Source of the DNA: a virus
IMG/VR virus record: IMGVR_UViG_3300043185_000079
Length of the DNA stretch: 64,000 nucleotides
Direction: 5' to 3' (one strand)
The position numbers and the translations under genes were made by a program. Below the pieces are notes generated by a model, which searched no databases, was not told the origin of the DNA, and worked only from the letters and a program-made list of their open reading frames with translations. Positions 55,070 to 64,000 of this stretch are shown one piece after another. Position 1 is the first letter of the stretch; each line of letters opens with the position of its first letter.

Positions 55070-56656
55070 ATGACCAACATCGTCGCCGTCCTGATTGTGC
55101 GCTGCACCCACACGGGGGTGTACGCCGACGGGCGCCCGAACACGGCTTCCGTCACGATCTACGATCTCGACGAGATCACGATCCAGAAGAACCGGACGCG
55201 CTACGTCCCGATCCCTCCTGGTACAACAGTGGACATCCCGATGTCCACACGGACGTTCGTGTCGTGGCACAACGGCGACATCTGCAAGTTCACGATGCTG
55301 GGGCTGATCCGCACAGAGGTCATCCTCCAGCTCCGTGACAAGAACAACTGTGGGGGTCCGGCGGGCACGGGGCAGACTCTCCGTCCCGCGGTTCTCAACA
55401 TCGAGCGTGTTGGCAACGTGCTGCGGCTCGTTCTCCCCGACAACGTCATCCCGACGACCTTGGACTCGGTCGGGTTTATGCAGGGAGAGCCGGTCGAGAT
55501 CACCGGGCTCACAGGCGCCTTCCGCAAGCTCAACGGGGTCTACACGATCTTGAGCGCGAGCCCGGCCACGGGGCTGGCCGGAGCCGCTGTGGGTTCCTAC
55601 CTTGTCGAGGTGCCTTCCGTGGGCTCGGACATAGCTGCCGCGACCTTGGCTGGCGTGAATCTGTGTCTTGCCGAGGGTCGGGTCGTCGCGCAGTTCAGCA
55701 GCGCTGGCAACGTCGGAGGGTTCGGAGCCAACGTCATAGGCTATATTGGGGGTCAGTTCTTCCCGAACGCAGGAGGAGGAGGATCGGCTCTCGCCGTAGA
55801 GGATGAGGGGGTCCTGGTCGATCCTGCCGTCACGCTCCTCAACTTCGTGGGCGCGGGCGTCACGGCCTCAAGCACGGGTCCTGGATCGGTGGACGTAACC
55901 ATCCCTGGAGGAGGTGGGGCGCCAGCCGACGCTCAGTACGTCGTGATGGCCCTCAACGCGGCGCTTACAGACGAGCGCGTCCTGACGGCTGGGACGGGGA
56001 TCTCCATCGTCGATGGAGGAGCCGGGGGGGCCGTCACCATCTCGGTCACCATCACGCTGGCGCAACTCCTCGCCAATGGGAACACGACGGGTGGCACGGA
56101 CATCGTCATCTCGACGGGTGATGAGATTGTTGGCGCAACTGACCTCGTGCTCAACCCGGGGGGTGCCGCAGGCGACAACGTCATCATCGACGGCCTCACG
56201 TGGCCGGACACGGATGGGAATGACGGTGACGTTCTCACGACGGACGGGGCCGGGAACCTGACCTTCACGGCGCCCCCGTCGGCTGTGCTAACGTGGGGCG
56301 ATGGTTCGGTTGCGCCGAGCACGACAACTCGCTATCTGGAACCGGGTTGGGAGGCAGGCACCGCGCCGCTGGCTCCTATTCAGTGGCGTAGTCCGCGAGC
56401 GGGGACGCTTCGGAATATGCGGGTGCGGCACAACTCGCTGGTCGGGAACGGCAACACGATCGTCTACACACTGCGGGTCAACGGTGTAGCCACAGCGTTG
56501 TCGGTCAGTCTCGCATCAACTACGGCAGACGGGTCAGATCTGGTTAATTCAGTGACGGTAGCGGCCGGTGATCTTCTCGATATTGAGGTCACGAAGACGC
56601 TTGTCATTGGTGCTGGTGGCGTGGACGTGGTGGCCAGCATGGAGTTCGCCGCGTGA
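55070..56656 (+). CDS. Fibre/appendage-like structural protein
   Basis: N-terminus paralogous to the 50322 gene; VEDEG...LNFVGAGVTA, ERVLTAGTGISI and DGDVLTTDGAGNL fibre motifs. Confidence 0.7.
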   Translation: MTNIVAVLIVRCTHTGVYADGRPNTASVTIYDLDEITIQKNRTRYVPIPPGTTVDIPMSTRTFVSWHNGDICKFTMLGLIRTEVILQLRDKNNCGGPAGTGQTLRPAVLNIERVGNVLRLVLPDNVIPTTLDSVGFMQGEPVEITGLTGAFRKLNGVYTILSASPATGLAGAAVGSYLVEVPSVGSDIAAATLAGVNLCLAEGRVVAQFSSAGNVGGFGANVIGYIGGQFFPNAGGGGSALAVEDEGVLVDPAVTLLNFVGAGVTASSTGPGSVDVTIPGGGGAPADAQYVVMALNAALTDERVLTAGTGISIVDGGAGGAVTISVTITLAQLLANGNTTGGTDIVISTGDEIVGATDLVLNPGGAAGDNVIIDGLTWPDTDGNDGDVLTTDGAGNLTFTAPPSAVLTWGDGSVAPSTTTRYLEPGWEAGTAPLAPIQWRSPRAGTLRNMRVRHNSLVGNGNTIVYTLRVNGVATALSVSLASTTADGSDLVNSVTVAAGDLLDIEVTKTLVIGAGGVDVVASMEFAA

Positions 56657-57624
56657 GCACTTTCCGCTACAGACTCGCGGGCGTCTCGCCGGAAGGACTC
56701 GACACCTACATCGAGGCTGGATCTGGCGCTTCGACTGAGCTGTTTGCCAGGCCCCCTTGGACTACGGTCACGCTCGTGGATGACACGCGCGAGCCTGATC
56801 TCGACGAATGGATGAGCAGGTTCGGGTACGTGCCGGACAGTACGGGCCCCGTGGTCGTTGTCTCCGCGGACCACACGATGGGCACGGAATCGATCGTGCT
56901 TGTCAACGCCACTGGCGGTCCCGTCCAGGTCGATATTCCTCTCACTGCTGGGCGACTCGGCGACGAGTTAGTGGTGATGAAGATTGATGGTTCTGCCAAC
57001 GCCGTTACGGTCACGCGAACCGGGGCAGACACTATCGACGGGGCCGTTACGCAGGTCCTCGGCCAACAGGGGGATTCTCTTCGCCTGTTGGCTGATGAGA
57101 TTTCGACGAATTGGCATATCTCGGCTAGTCGACGCGCGCGGGACATTACGTTCGACAGTAGTGGGCTCCCTACTCTCACCGCCGTCAATGTTCAGGATGC
57201 CATCGGCGACGTTATCTCGGGGGATCTCACATCGATCCAAGTTTTCACGTCGGGGGAGGCACTTACTGCAGGGGATCTCCTTACGCTGAACAGTTCGGGG
57301 GACGTGGTTCGCGCGGTTTCGTCTATCGGCTCGGCCAGTTACGAGGTGATCGGCGTATCCAGTCAAACCGTGGGCAGCGGCGTGTCCGTCCAAGTCGTTA
57401 CGCATACGGGTGCGATGCCTAACGTGCGTTTTACGGTCGCTCCAGCAGCCGCGTTCAACGGGCGTCTCGTATTTCTCAGTGCATCCACGGGGCTCGCTAG
57501 CACTTCTCCTCCTGTGACCGGAGGCAACGTCATTTTCACAATCGGGACTCTCCAAGGAGCCGACGGCGCTACCTCGACTCCTGTGGTGGTGTTCCGTCCA
57601 CAACTCATCGCCCTTCGCTCGTAA
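56653..57624 (+). CDS. Structural protein with C-terminal DUF2190/cement-like domain
   Basis: KIDGSANAVTV..GADTIDG motif; C-terminal domain shared with the 57636 gene. Confidence 0.65.
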   Translation: MSTFRYRLAGVSPEGLDTYIEAGSGASTELFARPPWTTVTLVDDTREPDLDEWMSRFGYVPDSTGPVVVVSADHTMGTESIVLVNATGGPVQVDIPLTAGRLGDELVVMKIDGSANAVTVTRTGADTIDGAVTQVLGQQGDSLRLLADEISTNWHISASRRARDITFDSSGLPTLTAVNVQDAIGDVISGDLTSIQVFTSGEALTAGDLLTLNSSGDVVRAVSSIGSASYEVIGVSSQTVGSGVSVQVVTHTGAMPNVRFTVAPAAAFNGRLVFLSASTGLASTSPPVTGGNVIFTIGTLQGADGATSTPVVVFRPQLIALRS

Positions 57625-57635
57625 GGAACCGAGAC

Positions 57636-60152
57636 ATGGCCGGACCTCAGACCGATAACCTACTGTTACTCGATCTCACCACGGGGCTTCCCCGGACCAA
57701 CGAGACTGGAGGCACTCCAGATACCATCCGGCTCTCGACGGATTTTCAGCTTATCTCGGGAGCGAACATGCTCATCGATGGTGACCTCGTGGTCAACGGA
57801 ACGACTACGACGATCCACAGCGAGCAAGTCAACGTCCGTGACAATCACCTGTACCTTAACGCCGACTACACGACGGTGCTCGCACAGACAGGCGGCCTCG
57901 TCATCAACGTGTTGCCCACGGCAACGGCGGACACCGTCGCGGCGGGAGGATTCACCGCCGGCGTTCCAGCAGTCAGCAACCCGACGGTGGTGACAGCGGG
58001 GACCGCCACGTTCGCTGCTGGCGACGTCATCCAGATCGCGGGTGCGAACAACCAAGACAACGACGGGATCTTCGAGGTGCTGAGCCACGTTGGCACCACG
58101 CTGACGATCCGGGGCGTCGGGGTCACCGGCGCGACGGTCCCGTGGGTCACGAATCAGTTCACCACGGACGCGACCGGCGGCGGTGACATCCGCATCGTCA
58201 CGGTCAACGTCCTCGAGGGAGACTCGAGCGGCAACTGGAACACCGCGACGGTCACCACCACCACTGGCATCGTCTACAACACATTCACGACTCAGGGGGT
58301 CGTGGATCTCCAGGAAGCGTACGAACAAGGGAACACGATCACGACTTCGGCCGGTGAGGGAAACGTTGCCATCACTGGCACCGAACTTCTGCTCATCTCG
58401 GCTACAGGAGGCCTGGATCTCAACACCGTCTTCGACTTCGATGGGACCTCCTTCGATGTCCAGATGACGGGAACCAATGGTTTCTCGATTGACGGCACCG
58501 CTGCGTCGAACGTGTCTGTTACGAGCGGAAGCTTGACCCTGTCCACGGTGACGACTGGATCGGTATTGATCGATGGGGTGGGCGGGGTCGAAATCAATTC
58601 GACCGGAGGCTCCCTCCAGATTGGCAATGACGCGAACACCGGGGCGATCAACATCGGGACCGGAGCTGCCGTACGCACGATCACGATGGGCAACGCCACA
58701 GGAGCGACCTCGGTCAATTTCGATGCGGGTACCGGGGCTTACACGTTCGACTCGACAGTCCCTCAGACTACGGCGTTGATGACGTGGTCTACGACCGGAG
58801 CTAGTGGCGATTCGGTCCAGATGTTCGTAGGCGACAGTGACCCGAGCGGATCTGTCACAGGTCTCGCGGGTTCTCTGTTCTTTCGAGATACCGGTACCGG
58901 CGCGGAACTCTACCTCAACACCTCGGCCGGATCGGGCACGACGTGGACCGCCCTTTCGACGGCCGCGGGTGCAACCCTTCAGACCGCCTACGAGGCAGGC
59001 AACACAATCACGACCTCGGCGGCCGAGGGCAACGTCACGTTCACGGGGACGGAGGATTTCATTGTCACGCTGAGTGACATGCTGGTGGACACCACTGCCT
59101 CCATCAGCCTCGACGCCGACACCGCGTCGAACTTCACGGTTGACGGGGCGAACCTCACTCTCAGTACCACGACTTCGGGCACGTTGCTCATCGACGCGGT
59201 GGCTCTTCTCGACATCAATGCCGGGGCTAACCTCGATGTGGACGTCACGGGAACGATGGATTTCCTGTCCACGGGGGCCTTCTCGCTCGATGGTACGGGA
59301 GCCTCCAACGTCACGGCGACCAGCGGAAGCTTGACCCTGTCCACGGTGACGACTGGATCGGTATTGATCGATGGGGCGGACGGGGTCGAGATCAACTCTA
59401 CTGCGGGGGCTCTTCAGATCGGCAACGATGCCAACGCTTTTGCGATCAACATCGGGACTGGGGCGGCGGCACGCACGATCACGATGGGTAATGCGACCGG
59501 AGCGACCTCGGTCAATTTCGATTCCGGCTCCGGAGCGTTCACGTTCGACTCGACGGTTGGCGAAACTGCCGCGTTGATGACGTTGACCACGACGGGAACC
59601 AGCGGGGATTCGGTCAATTTCTTCGTAGGCGACAACGATCCAAGCGGGTCTGTCACAGGTCTTGCGGGTTCTCTGTTCTTTCGAGATACGGGAACGGGGG
59701 CTGAGCTTTACCTTAACACCTCGGCCGGATCGGGCACGACTTGGTCGGCTCTGGCGGCCGGGAGTCGGGTCACCCTCACGGCAGCGGTCGCCATTGCTGT
59801 GGGCGATGTGGTGGCTCTGAACACCGCCGGGTCTGTCATTTTGGCGGACACAGACACTGGCACCGACACGTTTGCCTATGTCATCGGAGTTGCAGCGACG
59901 GCGGCAGCGGCAGCATCTCCGGTCCAGATCATTACGACTGGCCCGGCACCGGTCGCTTTTTCGGTTGCGCCTGGTGCAGCTACCAACGGCTCCATCGTCT
60001 TTGCAAGCGCCACCCCAGGACGAGGAACGCTGACTGCCCCTACGGGCATGGGCAACGTGGTCTACAAGATCGGCATTCTCCAAGGCGCTGACGGGGCGGA
60101 CACAACTCCAGTGGTCATGTTGCAACCCCAGTTCCTGGCGAAACGCCCGTAA
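57636..60152 (+). CDS. Long fibre-like protein with internal duplication
   Basis: GDLVVNGTTTTI..V.DN motif; T/G-rich repeats; C-terminal cement-like domain. Confidence 0.75.
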   Translation: MAGPQTDNLLLLDLTTGLPRTNETGGTPDTIRLSTDFQLISGANMLIDGDLVVNGTTTTIHSEQVNVRDNHLYLNADYTTVLAQTGGLVINVLPTATADTVAAGGFTAGVPAVSNPTVVTAGTATFAAGDVIQIAGANNQDNDGIFEVLSHVGTTLTIRGVGVTGATVPWVTNQFTTDATGGGDIRIVTVNVLEGDSSGNWNTATVTTTTGIVYNTFTTQGVVDLQEAYEQGNTITTSAGEGNVAITGTELLLISATGGLDLNTVFDFDGTSFDVQMTGTNGFSIDGTAASNVSVTSGSLTLSTVTTGSVLIDGVGGVEINSTGGSLQIGNDANTGAINIGTGAAVRTITMGNATGATSVNFDAGTGAYTFDSTVPQTTALMTWSTTGASGDSVQMFVGDSDPSGSVTGLAGSLFFRDTGTGAELYLNTSAGSGTTWTALSTAAGATLQTAYEAGNTITTSAAEGNVTFTGTEDFIVTLSDMLVDTTASISLDADTASNFTVDGANLTLSTTTSGTLLIDAVALLDINAGANLDVDVTGTMDFLSTGAFSLDGTGASNVTATSGSLTLSTVTTGSVLIDGADGVEINSTAGALQIGNDANAFAINIGTGAAARTITMGNATGATSVNFDSGSGAFTFDSTVGETAALMTLTTTGTSGDSVNFFVGDNDPSGSVTGLAGSLFFRDTGTGAELYLNTSAGSGTTWSALAAGSRVTLTAAVAIAVGDVVALNTAGSVILADTDTGTDTFAYVIGVAATAAAAASPVQIITTGPAPVAFSVAPGAATNGSIVFASATPGRGTLTAPTGMGNVVYKIGILQGADGADTTPVVMLQPQFLAKRP
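58524..59740 (+). repeat. Internal direct repeat, two ~420-nt copies offset by 798 nt
   Basis: Identical 50+ nt blocks at 58524/59322 and CCTCGGCCGGATCGGGCACGAC at 58921/59719. Confidence 0.9.
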
Positions 60153-60161
60153 GGAGACCCC

Positions 60162-60377
60162 ATGAAGGTCAAGATCACTGTCGAGTACGAAGTGGAACCG
60201 GAGGAGGGTAAAGAACTCTCTCCCAAGGAGCACTCCAACATGGTTGGGATGCTTCAACGGATCACTCGGAATCGTGTGCTGGGGTATCGCGGACAACAGA
60301 TGGGAAACGAACACGTGAGCACGGGGTGGGGAGTCACTATCACGGACGTCATCGTCCTTCCCGTGACCAAGACCTGA
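60162..60377 (+). CDS. Hypothetical protein
   Basis: AAGGAG SD; 71 aa. Confidence 0.6.
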   Translation: MKVKITVEYEVEPEEGKELSPKEHSNMVGMLQRITRNRVLGYRGQQMGNEHVSTGWGVTITDVIVLPVTKT

Positions 60378-60384
60378 AGCTCAT

Positions 60385-61470
60385 ATGGCCAACCAGATCG
60401 ACAACGTCCTTTTGGACGACGACACGACGGGGCTCCCACGTACAATCGACGTGGGCAATGATGCCCTGTTTTTGTCGACCGATCTGACGCTTCAAGCTGG
60501 CGGAATCCTCACCGCTGACAACATCAAGCGGGGAACCGCCGACCCTAATGCCGGAGGTGGGACACCGGGGAATGAGGGGGATCTCTACGAACGTACGTTG
60601 GCGGCTACCGGTGAACTTTACGTCAATGTGGACGGGACCAACTTCGGGTGGCGAGTCGTTGCTGCGCTAACAAGCACTGCGCCCGTAGATGTGACGAAGG
60701 CGGCTGCGGTTGTGGGTGTTGGGACAACCGCAGCTCGACACGACCACAAGCATGATGTTTCGACGGCTGCTGCGGTCTCCGTGGGCACCGCGAACGCTGA
60801 GGGAGTCGCGACCAGCTTGGCTCGGTCCGACCACACGCACGCGGTCACTGGGTTCTCGATTGCGGGTCAAGTCCAGGGGGACATCCTCTACTTCAACGGC
60901 ACGTCGTGGGTGCGGTTGCCTCCCGGTACGTCCGGGCAGGTGCTGACTACGGCGGGCTCGGGGGCTAACCCATCGTGGTTGGGTCCCAAGAGATACCCCA
61001 ACTCCGCGACGGATCCTGTGACCCCAGCACCGGCTGCGGGGGACACATACTACAACACCACGCTGCTCATGACGATGGAGTACGACGCCACACGAGGGAA
61101 GTGGTTGAGCCTGGATAGCTGGGGTCTTCAGTTTGGGCGCAACGGAGACCTGACGCCTGCAGGCACGTATTTGCGAGCAATCAATGGCATGGTTATGTCA
61201 GCCACGCTGGGGTACGACGCCCTGTACAACGGGACGGTTGTTGGGATCAGTATTCGTCGCAGCACTATGAGCGATGCCTCCTACGCAGTTACGGCCTCTG
61301 GAGTAGATATCGCATCTCTTGCTTTTGTGTCGCCTGCGATGGGGGTACGGACTACGACTGCTGACGGAGATTTTGTGGCTGGTGACGTGCTGGCTGCGCG
61401 ACTTGTGTCGGATGCTGTGGATCCTGAGTCGAATGTGCAAATGTTCGTCCGAATCAAGTGGAAGGTCTGA
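60385..61470 (+). CDS. Fibre-like structural protein
   Basis: N-terminus shared with the 57636 gene (QxDNxLL.D.TTGLPRT); AR.DH.H metal-binding fibre repeats; GDILYFNGTSWVRL..GTSGQVLT. Confidence 0.72.
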   Translation: MANQIDNVLLDDDTTGLPRTIDVGNDALFLSTDLTLQAGGILTADNIKRGTADPNAGGGTPGNEGDLYERTLAATGELYVNVDGTNFGWRVVAALTSTAPVDVTKAAAVVGVGTTAARHDHKHDVSTAAAVSVGTANAEGVATSLARSDHTHAVTGFSIAGQVQGDILYFNGTSWVRLPPGTSGQVLTTAGSGANPSWLGPKRYPNSATDPVTPAPAAGDTYYNTTLLMTMEYDATRGKWLSLDSWGLQFGRNGDLTPAGTYLRAINGMVMSATLGYDALYNGTVVGISIRRSTMSDASYAVTASGVDIASLAFVSPAMGVRTTTADGDFVAGDVLAARLVSDAVDPESNVQMFVRIKWKV

Positions 61471-61472
61471 AC

Positions 61473-62501
61473 ATGGCACTCCCAGTTATCATCGCAAAGA
61501 ATCAAACAGCTTCTCCAGTCACCCTGACGGATGTGGGCGTCATCGTCCCCGCCAGTGGGCAGGTCACTTTGACCGATGCGTTGTTTGTCTACGAGATTCT
61601 AAACTCCAAGAGTGTCCACGCGGCTATTACCGCGGCTGAGATCACCCTTAACGTGGAGGGAGTCGATCTGAACGGAGCACAGTCCGCAGTCTACGTCAAC
61701 CCGGCTGCTCCTTCGATCGAGATCTTGCACAACCTGAGCGCTACCACGAATCCGACAGTGTCCGACGGGGAGTTGCTCGGATATTCGCGCGGATCATTCT
61801 GGATGAACACGTCCACGAACGTCCTCTGGTCGTGCTATGCGGCTACTGCCGGAGCGGCTGTTTGGTCCACTATTGGCGTCAATGGTGTTGATCCGGCTGC
61901 CCATGCTCCTCGGCATCTTCCGAGTGGCGCTGATCCCCTGACGACAGCCACCGCCATTTCGATCACGGACTCTACGAACGGGATCGGGACCGCAAACTCT
62001 CTTGCTCGTTCGGACCATTCCCACGCCCACGGTGACAGGGGAGGAGGATCCCTCCATGCCTTGGTGACCACGAGCGTTGACGGGTTCATGGCTGCGACTG
62101 ACAAGATCAAGTTAGACAGCCTGGGCCAAGCGGTTGCCTCCTCGGTGATCACCTCTTCCACCGCGTCGACAACCTCGTCCACTTTTCAGGATGGGTTTCC
62201 ATCGCAGAACATCACGCTGACCGTCCCCGGGGATTACCTGGTCTTGTTCGACACCAACGTGTCGAGTTCGACGGCATCCGGTGTGCCTGAGATTGGAATT
62301 GCCCTCAACGGGACTGTCCAGGCCAATTCGCAGAGGTTCGTTCAGGGTAATGGTGGTGCAAGCGTTTCCGGTTTCACGCATACCATCCTTATCGGTTTGA
62401 TCATTGGAGATGTTCTCACGGGGATGTTTCGGAAATCTTCTGGATCGGGCACGACCTCGATCGCGAATCGCCGACTTACTGCCCTTCTGGTGAACCGGTG
62501 A
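61473..62501 (+). CDS. Fibre-like structural protein
   Basis: PTVSD...GYSRGSFW, H...H..GADP, LARSDHSH, GFM...DK.KLD motifs; C1q/BclA-like C-terminus. Confidence 0.72.
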   Translation: MALPVIIAKNQTASPVTLTDVGVIVPASGQVTLTDALFVYEILNSKSVHAAITAAEITLNVEGVDLNGAQSAVYVNPAAPSIEILHNLSATTNPTVSDGELLGYSRGSFWMNTSTNVLWSCYAATAGAAVWSTIGVNGVDPAAHAPRHLPSGADPLTTATAISITDSTNGIGTANSLARSDHSHAHGDRGGGSLHALVTTSVDGFMAATDKIKLDSLGQAVASSVITSSTASTTSSTFQDGFPSQNITLTVPGDYLVLFDTNVSSSTASGVPEIGIALNGTVQANSQRFVQGNGGASVSGFTHTILIGLIIGDVLTGMFRKSSGSGTTSIANRRLTALLVNR

Positions 62502-62512
62502 GGAGCTGAATC

Positions 62513-63520
62513 ATGTCCGCTACATACACCTACTCGGTCTCTGGCGACTTCCCGAATGGGGTGGTTTCGATCCCGTCTCTGACGATGCAGATCGATGATT
62601 CCACGATCACGTCGTCCGCTTTGGAGTACATCAACGTCGGGGTCTCGGCCCCTGACAACTGCGATATCGTGTTCGCAGCAGCCCTCTCCGGTGCCGAGGT
62701 GACGACCCTCAATGGCATTGTAGCCACGCACACAGGGGTTCCCCCATACACCCCTCCAGCTTCCGAGTTCGGGTGGACTACGGTGGTGATCTCAGCCTCG
62801 GTGGGGACGCCCCCATCCTCACCGGCTACGGGAGATACCTATGTCATTCCCGCGGGAGCCACGGGGGTGTGGGCCGGACATGCCCAACAGTTCACGTCTT
62901 GGAATGGTTCCGCGTGGGAGTTCATGCTTCCGCCCAACGGGTACGCCACGTGGGTTGATGATGTGAATCAGGTTTACGTTTTCAACAACTCGACGTGGGA
63001 ACCTCTCGATCATTTCCTTCCCCTTGCGACGGAGACGGACTCTGGTTTGATGTCCGCGGCCGACAAAGTCAAACTCGACGGGACCACCAAGAACGACGTT
63101 GTTTCTGTGTATGACAACACGGGAGGCATCTCGTTCACGGGGACTGCCGTCACGGTTGCGTTCGACACCACACAGACTAATACCAACGAAACCCTTTACA
63201 CGTTCGCTTCCAATCAGATCACTGTCAATGCGACGGGCACTTACCTTCTCACCTACAACGTTTCCCTCGATGCGGTCAGTTCAAGCGCACGTTCTTCTTC
63301 TCGGGTTTGGCTTGAGCGCAACACTGTCCTCGTCCCTGGCACTGCTGCCTTCGGGTATCACCGTCAATCCTCTCAAGGCGAGGATACCCCGTCTTGTACG
63401 ACGGTGTTGTCTATCACAGCGGGAGATGTTTTTCGGGTGCGTGCGCAGGTAGAGAGTGGGACAAGTGCTCTGATAACCATCGCAGATGCTTCAAGGCTCA
63501 CAATCACGCGCCTCGCGTGA
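62513..63520 (+). CDS. DUF2793-containing fibre-like protein
   Basis: PPSSPATGDTYVIPAGATGVWAGH...W.F..P..G...WV.D; GLMSAADKVKLDG; C1q-like C-terminus. Confidence 0.75.
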   Translation: MSATYTYSVSGDFPNGVVSIPSLTMQIDDSTITSSALEYINVGVSAPDNCDIVFAAALSGAEVTTLNGIVATHTGVPPYTPPASEFGWTTVVISASVGTPPSSPATGDTYVIPAGATGVWAGHAQQFTSWNGSAWEFMLPPNGYATWVDDVNQVYVFNNSTWEPLDHFLPLATETDSGLMSAADKVKLDGTTKNDVVSVYDNTGGISFTGTAVTVAFDTTQTNTNETLYTFASNQITVNATGTYLLTYNVSLDAVSSSARSSSRVWLERNTVLVPGTAAFGYHRQSSQGEDTPSCTTVLSITAGDVFRVRAQVESGTSALITIADASRLTITRLA

Positions 63521-63530
63521 GGAGATAACC

Positions 63531-64000
63531 ATGCCACAGGCCACCTACAATTTCACGATCTCCACTGACACGGCAAACGGAAAGGTTGCCCTCACCGCAC
63601 TGGAGAAGGAGATCCGTGCGAGTAGCATCGTCTACGCCCTCGCTGGATCGTCGGCCGTGGGCAACACGCTCTCGATTACGTTCAAAGATGTACTGGGGTC
63701 ATCCGATCAGACGACGTTGGGAGCTGTTGTGGGGGCCCATCAGGGAATCCCTCTCCCCGATCCCATGACGTCTGACGGGTATCCAATCCTCATTGCTGAG
63801 CCCCGTTCTGACACGAGTACGCCGACCATCCTGACTCCTAATTGGTGTGACCCAACGACATGGTACTACACGTCCGCGCGGGTGACGAACGAAGTGCTTA
63901 CGGATTCGGGAGACCATCTCACGTACACCAGCGCCAACGAGAATTGGATCGATTTGCGTGATGGTGCCTTGACTCAGGGCCACACTCTCTGGTCCACGTA
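63531..64000 (+). CDS. Structural protein (3'-partial)
   Basis: GAGGAG SD; N-terminus (ATY...IS.D..NG.V...L...I..S.I) paralogous to the 62513 gene; runs off the window. Confidence 0.65.
   Translation, partial: MPQATYNFTISTDTANGKVALTALEKEIRASSIVYALAGSSAVGNTLSITFKDVLGSSDQTTLGAVVGAHQGIPLPDPMTSDGYPILIAEPRSDTSTPTILTPNWCDPTTWYYTSARVTNEVLTDSGDHLTYTSANENWIDLRDGALTQGHTLWST

Noticed and set aside
57666-60314. 882-aa minus-strand ORF (also 39774-41489, 42054-43634, 37513-38892 and similar)
   Set aside because: Antisense shadows of high-GC + strand genes; no motifs and atypical composition.

Overview
This is a high-GC, almost entirely + strand segment of a large (jumbo-type) tailed dsDNA phage genome. 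It opens with the head module: terminase large subunit (5'-partial), portal, two large multi-domain 'polyvalent' proteins (2H phosphoesterase + CCA-adding nucleotidyltransferase; ADP-ribosyltransferase-like + Ntn-hydrolase + topoisomerase IB), an intein-containing prohead protease, an acidic scaffold, a probable decoration protein and the major capsid protein. An accessory block follows at about 19.4-39.5 kb: tandem LAGLIDADG endonucleases, an IbrA/IbrB-like PAPS-reductase/ParB pair, a ParB-like protein, a parS-like palindrome, a SET methyltransferase, DUF488, RNase HII, polysaccharide deacetylase, ClpS, endonuclease VII, C1 peptidase, RtcB, a metalloprotease, a tyrosine phosphatase and GIY-YIG. 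A second structural block comes next, including a gene fractured by an atypically split intein with an HNH gene between the halves. The window ends in a long array of fibre/appendage-like genes that share modules. Most notable: (1) a pervasive [KR]-x-A-small motif and an R-V-A-x-x-aromatic/His motif in head-region proteins, suggesting protease-matured, virion-packaged enzyme polyproteins, with one site placed immediately before an Ntn-hydrolase catalytic Cys; (2) a 31-aa/132-aa split intein in a probable structural gene; (3) a candidate tRNA-repair toolkit; (4) a host-type parS site; (5) a recurring 14-nt putative phage promoter upstream of about 11 operons. No tRNA, rRNA or CRISPR array was seen. 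All family assignments come from motif recognition by eye, not from database searches.
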